From Mobula hypostoma (Eukaryota): a stretch of DNA of 64,000 nt. The notes beneath the pieces are model-generated. The model did not search any database. It worked only from the letters and a program-made list of their open reading frames with translations, and was not told the DNA's origin. Below are positions 1 through 12,935 of the stretch, in pieces (the stretch's first letter is position 1; every line of letters starts with the position of its first letter). The stretch is taken from assembly GCF_963921235.1 (NCBI RefSeq), contig NC_086097.1, forward strand, positions 73,844,001-73,908,000, given 5' to 3'. A program made the position numbers and the translations under genes.

Positions 1-2864
1 TTCCGAGCTTGGTGGATCGTCCCTTCTTCTGGGTGGCACAGTAGACACATACTTGGTTCCCCCCAGTAAAGTCCTGACCCAGCTGGGGGCATCGCAAGCC
101 CGTTCTTGACGGCCGCTAGCTGCGCTTTGGTTCTGCCAAGCCACATCGTGAACAGACGGCCGGTGCCCCCTGAGGTGCTGCAGGTACTCCAACCTGGCCT
201 CCCCAGGAATCTCTGGCTCAGGAGGAGGCCAAACACCAGATCCACCGGCGTGCACAGCTCCCGCCCGAACATGAGCACAGCCGGCGTACATCTGGTGCTA
301 GGGGGAGGGGGAGGTGGCAATCCCAATCAAGCTGGTGCTTGTTGACGGGAATGGCAAGTTGCGTAGCCAGCATGGGGTTAAAACATTCCAGCAGCCCCTC
401 ACTTTGCGGGTGCAGGGGGGTGGTCCATGTTTTGGTGATTCCCAGCCACCTGCAGACCTTGCCAAGCACTTGCACGACAAAGTTCTCAGGGGCGTGAAGA
501 CGGCAGAAGAACTCCTCTACAAGTCTCTCAGCGATTGTAGTAGTAGTCCTCTAGTCCGGCACTGTGTACGCCTCAGACCATTTTGTGAAGTAATCCAAGG
601 CCATGAGAACGTAGTGGTTCCTATCATCAGTGCAGGAGAAGGGGCCCAGGCACCAGCCCGTGCATCACGGCGTGGAGTCCCTGGGGGAACCGCCAGTTGC
701 AGGAGATGTCTGTCGTCCATCGCCATGAAGAGCAACCTGTGGTGCACCTCCAGCATGCGCCATTGAGACTGGGGTTTGGTGTCTGGATCCAGGGCGGAGA
801 CCTCAGCCCACTCCAGCTGCTATTCCACCCTCAGCCATCCCCCCATCCGGGCCAGCACAGAATCACTCTACTGCTCGCTGCACAGCTGCTAGTGGTTAAT
901 GGTGGGGGGGGGGGCTCTACTTCGCCGCCGGCTGCCACTGCTTTTTGCCCCTGGTTCCGCTCCTTGAAGCAGCGACAGTAGCGACACTCAGTGACCTCAC
1001 AGGGACGGCGAGAGAGGGCATCAGCATTGCCATGGTGCCCTTCAGCCACAGCCAAGAGCTCCCGGCTGGTGACACAATAGTTGCGTTCAGGGCGGCTTAG
1101 GGTGCGGCTGAAGTGCACTGCAGTGTGTTCTCCTTGGTCCCTCTCCCGTGACGTCACTGTGCCAAGCCTCCCCTCCCCCTCTGCTGGCGTCTGTGTCAAC
1201 AATGAAGGGACATGCTGGATCAGGGTGCACCTGGGTGAGCGCAGTTCAGAGCTGGTCAAAGGTGGCAGCACAGGTGAAGGGCCTCCATTTTGGCGAACTG
1301 GCAGTGGTGGCGAAGTCCTTACTAAACCGGTGGTAGTGTGATGCCAACCCCAGGAAGCTGCGAAGCTCGGAGACATCGGGGGTGGGGGGGTGGGGGGGTG
1401 GGTCATTCCCTGACTGCCATTACCTTCTCAGGGTTGGTTGCCACTCCTTCTGCACTCACCTTGAGCCCCAGGAACTTGATCTGTGGGCGTAGCAGGCAAC
1501 ATTTTGTGAGGTTGAGGTGCAGGTTCGCCTGGCGGATGGTGGCAAAGGTCTCTTCCAGGTTCTGCAGAGCATCAACAAAATGGCGGCAGTGTGCAGCAGG
1601 TGATCGTCCAAATAGATGACACAGCAACTCCGCAGAATGTGAGCCAGCATCCTCTCCAGCAACCGTGTCTCGAATGTGGCCGGGGCGTTTAACAGGCCAA
1701 ACTGCATTACCCAGAAGTGCCACAGCCCTTGACCAATGGTGAAGGCAATCTCAGGTTGGGCCTTCAGGGCCAGTGCGACCTGCCAATAACCACAGCGGAC
1801 ATCGTGAGCACTGAACCAGGTGGAACCCACGATACAGTCCAGGGCATCATCAATTTGGAGCAGCAGATAGGAGTCCCTCTGGGTCATGGCATCCACACAG
1901 AACCGTCATGACCCAACTTTCTTCTTGACCAACATCGCTGGAGCTGCCCACGGGCTGTCGGATGACTCAGTGATACCAGCCGCTGCCATCTCTTTGATCT
2001 GCTGCTCCACTGCCTAGAGTTTGGTGAGAGCCAGGCAATGGGGCCACAGGCAGATGGGCTGGGTGTCCCTGGTGTTCACGTGGCACTGGACCAGCTCTGA
2101 GTGTCTGCAGTCCTCGTACCGGGCTGCGAAGATGTTGAGGTGCTGGTCCAGGAGGTCTTTCAGCCACCGCCACTGGCCCTGATCCAAGCCCTTGCTGTTC
2201 CACTGCCACCAAGGCGGAGATCTGCTGCAAACGCCCCCAGGCCTTCTCCCATATGGTGCTGCCTGCTGCCCAGTTCTTCCCTCATTCCTTCCTCCAATGG
2301 CCTTTGCTCGAAACACCACTCGGCGCAGTTATGAGGGCCCTGTAGTCACCTTTCAGCCGGCATTAGGTTGAGGAGGGCCCTGTAGTCACCTTGCAGCCGG
2401 CATTAGGTTGAGGAGGGCCAACAGGGAATCCCCCTCCAGCACCAGGGCAAGGTGCACCGCCGTCTCCACCTATTGTGCCATGCGGCAAGTTTAACTTGCA
2501 CCAGGTAAGGCTCCAGGCAGCGTGTATCATTGTATCTGGGGAGCTTCAGGGTGGCCTTAATTGCTGGGGCCCATTGGTTTTCCTGTTTCTCCAGCAGCAT
2601 TGGTGGTGCCTACCACATTGCCCGTCCTCCCATGGCTGAGGTGTCTTGGGTTCCCCAGCGTGGGCCGTGACGAAAGTGGGGGGGTGATGTGCTCTGCCAT
2701 ATACCGCATGGTGGGGAGCCTGGGTACTCTTGCCCCATCAGGCTTTCCTGGGAAGGCATGATGCTTGCTTCCCAGGTTCTCCCTCCAGGTCAGCATGCTG
2801 TCTTCAGGAGTCCTTAAGGCACTCCATCCAACGTTGTAGCTCTTCAATTTTATCGTCAATTTAT
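1..2864 (-). mobile_element. Decayed Ty3/Gypsy LTR retrotransposon internal region (gag remnant, RT, RNase H, integrase; frameshifted, protease region apparently deleted)
   Basis: Minus-strand ORF fragments: integrase 'LGITKTWTTPLHPQSEG' (218-475); RNase H 'SRTLSRPERNYCVTSRELLAV' (831-1406); RT 'DSYLL..IDDALD..GSTWFS..D..GYWQV', 'MQFGLLNAPATF', 'VIYLDD' (1403-1896); gag-like 'LKLPRYND..LEPYLVQVKLAAWHNRW' (2403-2600). Domain order is gag-RT-RH-INT. Confidence 0.92.
2333..2419. repeat. 40-bp tandem duplication inside the Gypsy element
   Basis: gagggccctgtagtcacctt(t/g)cagccggcattaggttgag occurs at 2333 and 2373, and a third copy begins at 2413. Confidence 0.9.
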
Positions 2865-2883
2865 AATCCCACTCCTGACATCA
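2865..2883 (-). promoter_or_regulatory. Primer-binding site complementary to the tRNA-Leu 3' end
   Basis: Plus strand aatcccactcctgacatca matches the tRNA-Leu(CAG) 3' end AATCCCACTCCTGACACCA with one mismatch, and lies directly next to the LTR. Confidence 0.85.
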
Positions 2884-2884
2884 A

Positions 2885-5492
2885 TATGGCAGACATTCAG
2901 TTCACAATGACAGAAGAGAAAAGCTCATTTATTTCAACTGTCATTTTGATTGCGACAAGCACAATAACATGATTGAGTTCACTGTGCAATTTGAAAAAGA
3001 GAAGCTGAAATCTGATGTGTCAGTATTTCAGTGGAGTAAAGGAAATTATATCGGCATGAGAGAGGAACTGGTCAAAGTTGACCGGAAAAAGACTCTGGCG
3101 GGAGGGACGGCAGAGCAGCAGTGGCTGGAGTTTATGTGAGAAGTGAGGAAGGTGCAAGACAGATATATGCCAAAAAAGAAGAAATTTTCGAATGGAAAAA
3201 GGATGCAACTGTGGCTGACAAGAGAAGTCAAAGCCAAACTTAAAGCAAAGGAGAGGGCATACAAGGAAGCAAAAATCAGTGGGAAGACAGAGGATTGGGA
3301 AGTTTTTAAAAGCTTACAAAAGGAAACTAAGAAGGTCATTAAGAGGGAAAAGATTAACTATGAAAGGAAGCTAGCAAATAATATCAAAGAGGATACTAAA
3401 AGCTTTTTCAAGTATATAAAGAGTAAAAGACAGGTGAGAGTAGATATAGGACCGATAGAAAATGATGCTGGAGAAATTGTAATGGGAGATAAGGAGATCG
3501 CGGAGGAACTGAACGAGAATTTTGCATCAGTCTTCACTGAGGAAGACATCAGCAGTATACTGGACACTCAAGGGTGTCAGGGAAGAGAAGTGTGCGATCA
3601 CAATTACGACAGAGAAAGTACTCAGGAAGCTGAATAGTCTAAAGGTAGATAAATCTCCCGGACCAGATGGAATGCACCCTCGTGTTCTGAAGGAAGTAGC
3701 TGTGGAGATTGTGGAGGCATTAGCGATGATCTTTCAAAAGTCGATAGATTCTGGCATGGTTCCAGAGGACTGGAAGATTGCAAATGTCACTCCGCTATTT
3801 AAGAAGGGGGCAAGGAAGCAAAAAGGAAATTATAGACCTGTTAGCTTGACATCGGTGGTTGGGAAGTTGTTGGAATCGATTGTCAAGGATGAGGTTATAG
3901 ATTACCTGGAGGCATATGACAAGATAGGCAGAACTCAGCATGGATTCCTTAAAGGAAAATCCTGCCTGACAAACCTATTACAATTTTTTGAGGAAATTGC
4001 AAGTAGGCTAGACAAGGGAGATGCAGTGGATGTTGTATATTTGGATTTTCGGAAGGCCTTTGACAAGGTGCCACACATGAGGCTACTTAACAAGATAAGA
4101 GCCCATGGAATTGCGGGAAAGTTACATATGTGGATGAGCGTTGGCTGATTGGCAGGAAACAGAGAGTGGGAATAAAGGGATCCTATTCTGGTTGGCTGCC
4201 GGTTACCAGTGGTGTTCCACAGGGGTCCGTGTTGGGGCCGCTTCTTTTTATATTGTAAATCAACGATTTGGATTATGGAATAGATGGCTTTGTGGCTAAG
4301 TTTGCTGATGATATAAAGATAGGTGGAGGGGCCGGTGGTGCTGAGGAAACAGAGAGTCTGCAGAGAGACTTGGATAGATTGGAAGAGTGGGCAAAGAAGT
4401 GGCAAATGAAATACAATGTTGGAAAGTGTATGTGTATGCACTTTGGCAGAAGAAATAAATGGGCAGACTATTATTTAAATGGGGAGAGAATTCAAAGTTC
4501 TGAGATGCAACGGGACTTGGGAGTCCTCGTACAGGATACCGTTAAGGTTAACCTCCAGGTTGAGTCGGTGGTAAAGAAGGCGAATGCAATGTTGGCATTC
4601 ATTTCTAGAGGAATAAAGTACAGGAGCAGGGATGTGATGTTGAGGCTCTATAAGGCGCTGGTGAGACCTCACGGAGTACTGTGGGCAGTTTTGGTCTCCT
4701 TATTTAAGAAAAGATGTGCTGACGTTGGAGAGGGTACAGAGAAGATTCACTAGAATGATTCCAGGAATGAGAGGGTTAACATATGAGGAACGTTTGTCCG
4801 CTCTTGGACTGTATTCCTTGGAGTTTAGAAGAATGAGGGGAGACCTCATAGAAACATTTCGAATGTTGAAAGGTATGGACGGAGTGGATGTGGCAAAGTT
4901 TTTTCCCATGATGGGGGAGTCTAGTACGAGAGGGCATGACTTAAGGATTGAAGGGCGCCCATTCAGAACAGAAATGCAAAGAAATTTTTTTAGTCAGAGG
5001 GTGGTGAATCTATGGAATTCGTTGCCACGGGCAGCAGTGGAGGCCAAGTCATTGGGTGTACTTAAGGCGGAGATTGATAGGTATCTGGGTGGCCAAAGCT
5101 TATGGTGAGAAGTCGGGGGAGTGGGACTAAATTGGAGAATGGATCAGCTCATGATAAAATGGCGGAGCAGACTCGATGGGCCAAATGGCAGACTTCTGCT
5201 CCTTTGTCTTATGGTCTAATAACAGACAGAGCACAATAGCTTGGTGAAAACTAGCTCAGTCACACATATTCGGAAGAGGTGATTATTACACACTTGGGTT
5301 ACAGTCAGGGTGACACACGGACACACAAGCGAACAACTGCATAACCTGAGCTAAAATAAATGAACTTGAACACCTCACTATAATTCTACTGAACACACAC
5401 ACCACAAACACATTTTAAATCAAGAACAATAAGTAGTGCTGGCCGCTAGGATTGCTGGGTGAGCTGTCAATCACACCCCCTGGAGCGCTACA
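2885..5492 (-). mobile_element. 5' LTR of the Gypsy element (about 335 bp; pieces 2885-2966 and 5230-5492), split by a CR1 insertion
   Basis: The minus strand starts TGTAGCGC at 5492 and ends ..TGCCATA (decayed CA end) next to the PBS. AATAAA is present on the minus strand near 2926. agcacaata is duplicated at 2958-2966 and 5230-5238 around the CR1. Confidence 0.7.
2967..5218 (+). mobile_element. 5'-truncated CR1 LINE (ORF2 RT pseudogene plus 3' tail)
   Basis: ORFs 3143-3637, 3522-4148, 4268-4753 and 4716-5108 contain 'KSPGPDGMHPRVLKE', 'GNYRPVSLTSVV', '[14 protein letters not shown]', 'KFADD' and 'RNFFSQRVVNLWNSLP'. CR1 3' end present; TSD agcacaata. Confidence 0.95.
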
Positions 5493-5514
5493 GTTCTTTA
5501 AAGTTGGAAGTAAA

Positions 5515-5768
5515 TTTGTTCTTTTATCTATTTTATTTTACTTGGAGATACAGTGTGTAGTAGTCCCTTCCGGCCCTTTGAGCCACACTGCTCCAGCAAC
5601 CATTGATGACCTTGATTTAACATTAATTACGGGACAATTTACAATGATTAATTAACCTACCTGATCCGTCTTTGGACTTTGGGAGGAGACCGGGGAAAAC
5701 CGAAATTGAACTCCCAACGCCCCAAGCCGTAAGTGCTTTGCACTAACTGCTACACTACTGTAGTGCCC
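5515..5768 (-). mobile_element. Degenerate tRNA-derived SINE (HE1/V-SINE-like)
   Basis: The minus strand starts gggcactacagtagtgtagcagttagtgca (tRNA-like A box). V-domain-like 'tctttggactttgggaggagaccgg' on plus; CR1-like 3' end. Confidence 0.65.
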
Positions 5769-5944
5769 AAAGTACATACATGTCACTATATTTTACTCTG
5801 AGATTAATTTCCTGTGGAATTCATAGTAAATGGAAAGAAACACAATAGAATCAATGATAAACCACACATGACTGTGACCTAATAATTCTTTAATTCTTCA
5901 ATACAAGTTCACTTCTTGGAGGGTATCTGTTTTATTATTCCACA

Positions 5945-6370
5945 AGAATCTAAGGAAAAGGAGCAGGAGAAGTCCATAAACCAGGTACAACTTTCAGCAT
6001 CTTCATGGCTCGTCTGATTTTTGGTCTCAATTCTATTTTTCTGCTGTATGCCCAAGCTGTTTGTTCAAGGAGTTCAAAGTCAATCTCTCCCAATCATGGG
6101 TATGCATAGATTCATTATCTAATGGGATCACCACTTATTCCTTTAAATTCCAACTGCTACAGGTGCATACTTAAACTCCTCATCCCAGGAATGTATCAAG
6201 TGAGCTTTCACTGTACTGCCCTTTAATGTATCCTTTCTTAAAGAGACTAAAAGTATACATAGTGTACTTGATGTGGCCGAACTGGAGCCCAGCACAGATG
6301 TAGCAAAACACCTTCACTCTTGTACTTCACTCTCTTGCCATAAAGTCCATCTTTTCACCTCTTCATTTCA
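5945..6370 (-). mobile_element. Highly degenerate CR1 3' fragment
   Basis: Residual similarity to the CR1 3' end (ggagcaggag..ccata, agattcatta, catcccaggaat). Confidence 0.5.
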
Positions 6371-7956
6371 CTTTCTTTCTTTCTCCCACTTTGATGGCAT
6401 TGCCATGCATTTCCTCAGTAGTTTTTTTCTCTACCTCCTTTTCTGGTACAATTAAAATGTCTGTTTGTCTCTTACTTTTCATTTCTGGTGAAACTTTAAC
6501 CAAAACCGTTTTGTTTCTATAACTACTGATTGATTGTATCTTCACTAATTGTAAATTTTATTTATGATTCAATTTTTAGAACTTTTCTATATAGTCCCAA
6601 TGATTATAATTCTTAAATTGCTTAATAAGGAATTGTTAACTCCAATGTGTTCACTTTTCATTGGACAAATTCCTAGTTCGTGCACTGAATGTTTCAAAGG
6701 AAAACCAGGACAGAAGCTCTAAAAGCTGATAAAGCACAAATATCAACAAAAGTAATTTATAGTTTATGATTAAAGTTCTCCATTGCAGGAAAATGTTTTG
6801 AATTGGTAACTTAATTTTTAGTCTTTACTGAGGAATATTAAAAGCACAGCCTTTGTTGTTTGTATAACACAGGGAAAAAGCCACAGACAATGGGAACGTA
6901 TGGATCTTTCCTCGGATTGTGTGACTCCTTACAGAAATGAAACCAAGTGCCGATGACTGTATCTCATGAGAACATATGGCAGTAAGAAAGACCAGAATTG
7001 TGGCAATTTCTATATAGGACCACTGTTATCCAATACATGCAATACCTACTCCATGTATATTTTAAACCATGCTGGAAATTATTAATGTGAAAGAATAACA
7101 TAATGTGAACAAGTCAGTTAAAAATTAAAAAAGATTGGCAGGAAATATAATACTGATCTACTCATGAAAGACCACCCCATTTCAATGTCGGGATCATGTG
7201 TCTCAATAGAAATAAATCCAAACCTGTGATGGCTAATATCTAAAAGAATAAGGCCAGTATGCACATATAATCATACCCAGCTTGAAGTTTCCTTCCAAGT
7301 TCCACACTGTCCTGACTTGTTCCTCCAATGTCTGCTTCGGAATCTGAGCTCTCCCCTTTAAAAAGCCAAATGACGGGAAGCTTTGATGACAAGGCCTCGA
7401 CACTGGTGAAGAATACCAAATTACAGTAATTACACATGCATGCATCATTAATTGTTGCTCAGGAATAGCTAGAATTTGGAAATAACTATCTTGCCAGCAT
7501 TGTCATTACACATTAATTAATAAAATATCCCACTGTTATAGATCATAAGAAAGAATAGATGAATTAAGCTTTTTGTCCAAAGATGCAGGATGTTGAATTC
7601 AAGAAAGCCATTTTTGTGGTGAACTACATTGCTTCTGAAATGTTACATTTTTGATCTTTGCTTATGAAGATTTTTAATATTATAGGAGTGGAAATATTGG
7701 TGGAGGAATCACCAAGAGTGACTTTGTGATTAATTCATAGGTGACACAGTTAATTTGGGTTTGAACTAGATAGAATTAGGCAATTCAGTAAAAACTTTAC
7801 AGCTTTCTGCATTTTGCTTTTTATAAAGGCCTACTCATTCACTTTCTGAAAGATATTTCTTTAAGTTCTATATTCTCAGGATGAAGAACATATACCTTAA
7901 AATATAAAAGTCTGCTGGAATTAGTACAATCTTAAAACACATGAACACTATTTTGT

Positions 7957-9455
7957 CCATAAGACAGAGGAGCAGAATTAAGCCATTTTGTCCATCGAAT
8001 CTGCTCTGCCATTTCACTATGGCTAATCCATTTCCCTCTCAATCCCATTCTCCTGTCTTCTCCCCATATCCTTTCATGCCCCAACTAATCAAGAAGCTTT
8101 CAACCTCTCCTTAAATGTACCCAGTGACCTGGCCTCCTCAGCTGCCTGTGGCAACAAATTTCATAGATTCACCACTCTCTGACTAAAGTAATTACCCCCT
8201 TTTGCTGTCCTAAATAGTCATCCCTCCATTTTGTGCCCTCTGGTCCTAGACTCGCCTACTAAGTGAAACATCCTTTTCACATCCACTCTATCAAGGTCTT
8301 TCAACATTTGATGTTTTAATGAGATTCCCCCTCATTCTTCTAAATTCCAGCAAGTACAGGGCCAGAACCTTCAATCGCTGATCATATAATATCTTTCATT
8401 CCTGGAATCATTCATATGAACCTCCTTTGAACCCTCTCTAACGTCAGCACATCCTTTCTTAAAGGGGCCCAAAACAGCTCACAATACTCCAAGTGAGGCC
8501 TCACCAGTGCTTTATAAAGCCTCAACATGACATCCTTGCTTTTATATTCCAATCCTCTTGAAATAAATGCTCATAGTGCATTCACCTTCCCCATCACAGA
8601 CTCAACCTGCAAATTAACCTTTAGGAAATCCTTCATGTGAACTCCCAAATCCCTTTGCACCTCAGATTTTTGAATTTTTTTCTCTATTTAGAAAATAGTC
8701 TATGCTTTTATTCCTTCTACAAAAATGCGTGAGTATACACTTCCCGCCACTGTATTCTATCTGCCACCTCTGCCCATTTTCCTAATTTGTCTAAGTCCTT
8801 CTGCAGCCTCTCTGCTTCCTCAACACAACCTGACCCTCCACCTATCTTCATATTGTCAGCAGACTTGGCCAAAAAGCTGTCATCTAAATCACTGACATAC
8901 AATGTAAAAAGAAGTGGTCCCAACACAGACCTGTCACCTAGTAGCCAGTCTGAAAAGGATCCCTTTATTCCCACTCTTCGTCTCCTACCAATCAACCAAT
9001 GCCCTTTCCAAGCTAGTATCTTTCCAGTAATATGCGGGGCTCTCATGTTGCCTAGCAGCATCATGTGCGGCACCTTGTCAAAGGCTTTCTGAAGATCCAA
9101 GTGCACAACATCCACTGATTCTCCTTTGTTTATCCATAGTCATATTCATACTTTATTGATCCTGAGGGAAATTGGTTTTCGTTACAGTTGCCCCTCGTTA
9201 CAGTTGTTCTGCTTGTTAATTCTTCAAAGAATTCCAACAGATTTGTCAGGCAAAATTTTCCCTGAAGGAAAGCATGTTGACTTCTGCCTATTTTATCAAG
9301 AGCCTCCAAGTACCTTCAGTCAATTGTTAACAATTGACTGAAGCATCTTCCCAACACTGAGGTCAGGCTAACCTATAGTTTCCTTCCTTCTGCCTCCCAC
9401 CCATTTTGAAGTTTGTAGTGTCATTTGCAATTTTCTCGTCCTCTGGAACCATGCT
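7957..9455 (-). mobile_element. CR1 LINE fragment (RT to 3' end)
   Basis: ORF 8717-9115 '[37 protein letters not shown]'; CR1 tail cataagacagaggagcagaa at 7957. Confidence 0.9.
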
Positions 9456-10299
9456 GGATTTTCTGCAGTATATTTAAAATTACTGAATAAGTACTTATTA
9501 GTATGATTTGTTAATTTAGGTTTTATTATAACATGATTGAATTTGCCTGAATATTCACTTAATTGAATCAAACTCTGCTGTGAAGATTAATTCAATGTTC
9601 CTGCATCCTGATGAGACTCATGTCTCGCAGGAGAGTGTGGAGGGAATAGCTGTATAATGGGTATATGACCGACGGAAGATTCCAGTGTACATCCACGACA
9701 GCTCATTCGGAACCTCTGCAGCTGCTCATTGCAGCATGGAATATCAAATATGGCATTCCTAACCTCTTGTTTCACCCCTGCTCCCACCAGCAAATCCAGG
9801 AACGTTCCATAACTTCCTGGGTTGAGGGGCTGGATATTTAACATCCAGCTCTTCAGTCTCACTGGCACAGCACCATTCACTGATCTTCGAAAAAAATGGA
9901 TTGTGTTTTTTAAATATAACTTTAAATTTATATGTTAATTAATTATTAAAATAAAACATTTTTGAATCATCTTCAGCCATTTATAAACATTATTGATTAT
10001 TAGAAATGAGAAAAAGGCTTTCTGACAACTTAAGCTACTAGCAGTCTGTGGTCTTTGCTGATGCACGGAGAGTCAGCCAGTGCTGAGGTTAAGTGTAATC
10101 AGAGCCAGGGTAGGAATGAAACTGGAATAGAAATCAAGGCTGGGTCCAACTTAATCTGGCCCATTATATTAACCCTGTTTTGAATTGATGCCCTTATTTG
10201 AACCACAATATCAGTTCCTCTCTATGGTTGAATTTAATGCAACGCGAGAAGGAAGAAGCAGGAACATGCATTATGCAGCATGTCTGACTGTTCATAAAT

Positions 10300-10530
10300 T
10301 CAAAATGTATTAAAACGCCTCACAACTATTTAAATACTTTCTAAAGTGTTATTATTGTAGGAAGATGTGATTTAATTTATACATAGCAAAGTCCTAAGGC
10401 AGTAATGTAATAATGACCAAGAGATCTATTTTTTGTGATACCTTCAGACCTTCACTGAATCGTGACCCGTATTTGCAAGGTTATGACTTCAAGGTAAGGA
10501 TATTATCATTGCTGCTGATACCCACAGTAA
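10300..10530 (-). mobile_element. Degenerate Deu-domain SINE (SacSINE1-like) fragment
   Basis: Reverse complement resembles the SINE at 35.1 kb (gcagtaatgtaataatgaccaag, tactttctaaagtgtt). Confidence 0.45.
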
Positions 10531-10795
10531 AATGAAGCAATTTTAAAATTTTTCTATGAGATCCCAAATTGACATTGATTAGGTTTATCAGGTGGAAGCA
10601 CTCCAAAACAATGAGTGTTATGGGATATTTGCAGGCAGGACAGACATGGATCAGGAGAAAATCAGAATTAGATTTATTATCACTGGCATCTGACGGGAAA
10701 TTTGGTATTTGTGGCAGCAGTAGAGTGCAAAGACGTACAAAACTCTATAAATCATAAAAATTGATAAATAGTGCTAAAAGGAAATGACAAGGCTG

Positions 10796-12935
10796 TAGAA
10801 CATTGGACAGTACAGCACAGGAAGAGGCCATCTGGCCCACAGTATTGTGCCAAACCAGCTGAAAAGCAAATCAAAAACACACAAACACCAATCCTTCCTA
10901 CTTACACCATGTCCCTATCCATCCATGTACCTATCCAAATGTCTCTTAAAAGCCTTTAATAATTTTGCCTCTACCCCCATACCATTCAGCAGACTTCAGG
11001 CATCCACGTCTCTCTGACTAAAAATACTTACCCCTCACATCTCCCTTGAATCTACACCCCCTCACCTTCAATGCATGCCCTCTGTGTTAGGCATTTCAAC
11101 CCTGGGAAACAGATACTCTCCATCTACTCTATCTATGCCTCTGGTAATCTTGCATACCTCTATCAGATCTCCCCTCGGCCTTCGGCGCTTCAGAGAAAAC
11201 AACCCAAGTTTATCCAGCCTCTCATGATAGCACACGCCCTCTAAACCAGGCAGCATGCTGGTGAACCTCTTCTTCGCCCTTCCAAAGATTTGACTTCCTA
11301 TAGAGGGGAGACCAGAACTGTACACAATACTCCAGATGTGATCTAACCAGACTTTTATAAACTTGCAACATTACTTCCTGACTTTTAAACTCAGTGCCTC
11401 AACTAATAAAAACAAGCATTTTGCAAGCTTTCTTAACCACCCTATTGACCTGTGTAGCCACTTTCAAGGAACTATGAACTTGGATCCCAAGATCTCTCTG
11501 CTCAGCAACACTGTTAAGGACCATGCCCCTTAACAGTGTACTGCCTCCTTGCATTTGCCCTACCGAGGTGCAACACCTCACATTTATTTCTGTCTGCCAC
11601 TTCTCAGCCCATATCTGCAACACATCTACATCATGCTGTATTCTTTGCCAGTCTTCTACACTATCCACAACTCCACCAATCTTCAAGGTTCAAAGGTTAA
11701 TTTTATTGTCAAAGTATGCATGTACAATACAACTCTGAGATTTGTCTTCTCCAGATAGCCATGAAGTACAGAAAAAGTCATTGAAAATAAAGACATTAGC
11801 CCCCTCCCTGCAGGAAAAGGTAAAAAAAAGTAAAACTCATAAACTCCCAACTGCCCAACCCCTCCCTTGCACAAAAAACTAACAGATTGCCCACCCAGAA
11901 AATAGCAGCCAGAATATCAAAATCCCCAAACTCCTAACCCCCCTCGCAAAATAACAGCAACAACGTCAAACCCCCAAACGCCCTCACCTACAAAAAAAGA
12001 ACAGTGCCAACAGCACCAAACCCCCAAACCCCTAAACCCCTCTCCTACACACAAAAATCAACAGAGTGCCACACAGAAAAACCGACAAGAACATCAGATC
12101 CTAAATCTCCAACTCCTCACTCACACAAAAAACAATATATTGCCCAACTGGAACCCCTACCTGACAATTAACAACAAGAAAGAATGCACAGGAAAGTGAA
12201 GAACAATAAAAACTCCAATAATCACATGAATCTCAGAATTTCAAAAGCATCCTCCCACTGAGGAGAGCAGCTGCTCGAACTCAGTCCCTCCACGAAGAGC
12301 AACCGCTGCACCGCTGACTTGTGGCCTTCCGACCGCTGCGCCATCAATCTGTGGCCTTCCAAATGGTGCTAACCCAGCTACCAACCGCCATTGACCCGTG
12401 GCCTCCATGGAGAGCAACTCCTGACCTCCTTCACGTTCGTCTTGATGCTTCAGTCTTCCACAATGCTTCGAAGCAGAGTTGATCATGGCTACATGCCCCG
12501 TCTCTGGTCTTCTGCATGAGGCAGCCCATGCTCGCGGTCTTCTCCTGGGATAACAGAGCGCCCGATCACTTGATCAAACTCCAAACTGCACGTCACAAGC
12601 TCTAACAGTCTCTGTAACACAACCAAGACAAAAATTTTGGTATCATCTACAAATTTACTAACTCACACATCTATGTTTTCATCCAGGTCATTTATATACA
12701 TTACAAACAGCAGAGGTCCCAGCACAGATCCCTATGGAACTCCACTAATTACAGACCTCTAGCAAGAACGAGTCCCTTCAACCATTACCCTCTGTCCTCT
12801 ATATGCAAGCCAGCTATGAAACCAAACAGCAAATTTGTCGCGTATCCCATGCATCTTAATCTTCTGGATTAGTTTCCCATAAGGGACTTGGATGTTGTCT
12901 TACTAAAATCCATGTTGACAATATCCACTACCCTA
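10796..12935 (-). mobile_element. CR1 LINE fragment (10796-11683 and 12633-12935) nested in the Rex1/Babar element and itself interrupted
   Basis: ORFs 11068-11325 'RFTSMLPGLEG..ERLDKLGLFSL..RGDLIEV' and 11399-11686 'KIGGVVDSVED..WAEKWQ'. The reading resumes at 12633 (aattttggtatcatctacaaat). Confidence 0.85.
11684..12632 (-). mobile_element. Unclassified ~950-bp non-coding retroposon with a Rex1/Babar-like 3' tail
   Basis: Interrupts CR1 RT with a possible aat(c/t)tt duplication. The minus-strand 3' end reads gacaataaaattaacctttgaaccttg. No RT homology. A related short fragment lies at about 5770-5870. Confidence 0.55.

Noticed and set aside
2865..2883. tRNA-Leu gene
   Set aside because: Only the 3'-terminal 19 nt, including a CCA-like end, is present next to an LTR, so it is a PBS and not a tRNA gene
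9587..9880. 97-aa minus-strand ORF in unique DNA
   Set aside because: No recognisable domain and a non-ATG start; length is compatible with chance. BLASTX would settle it.
10448..10493. Exon-like segment with an AAG|GTAAGG donor
   Set aside because: Appears to lie in a decayed antisense SINE, so likely a fortuitous splice signal
11900..12050. Telomere-like AAACCCC repeats
   Set aside because: Not TTAGGG, irregular, and internal to a retroposon
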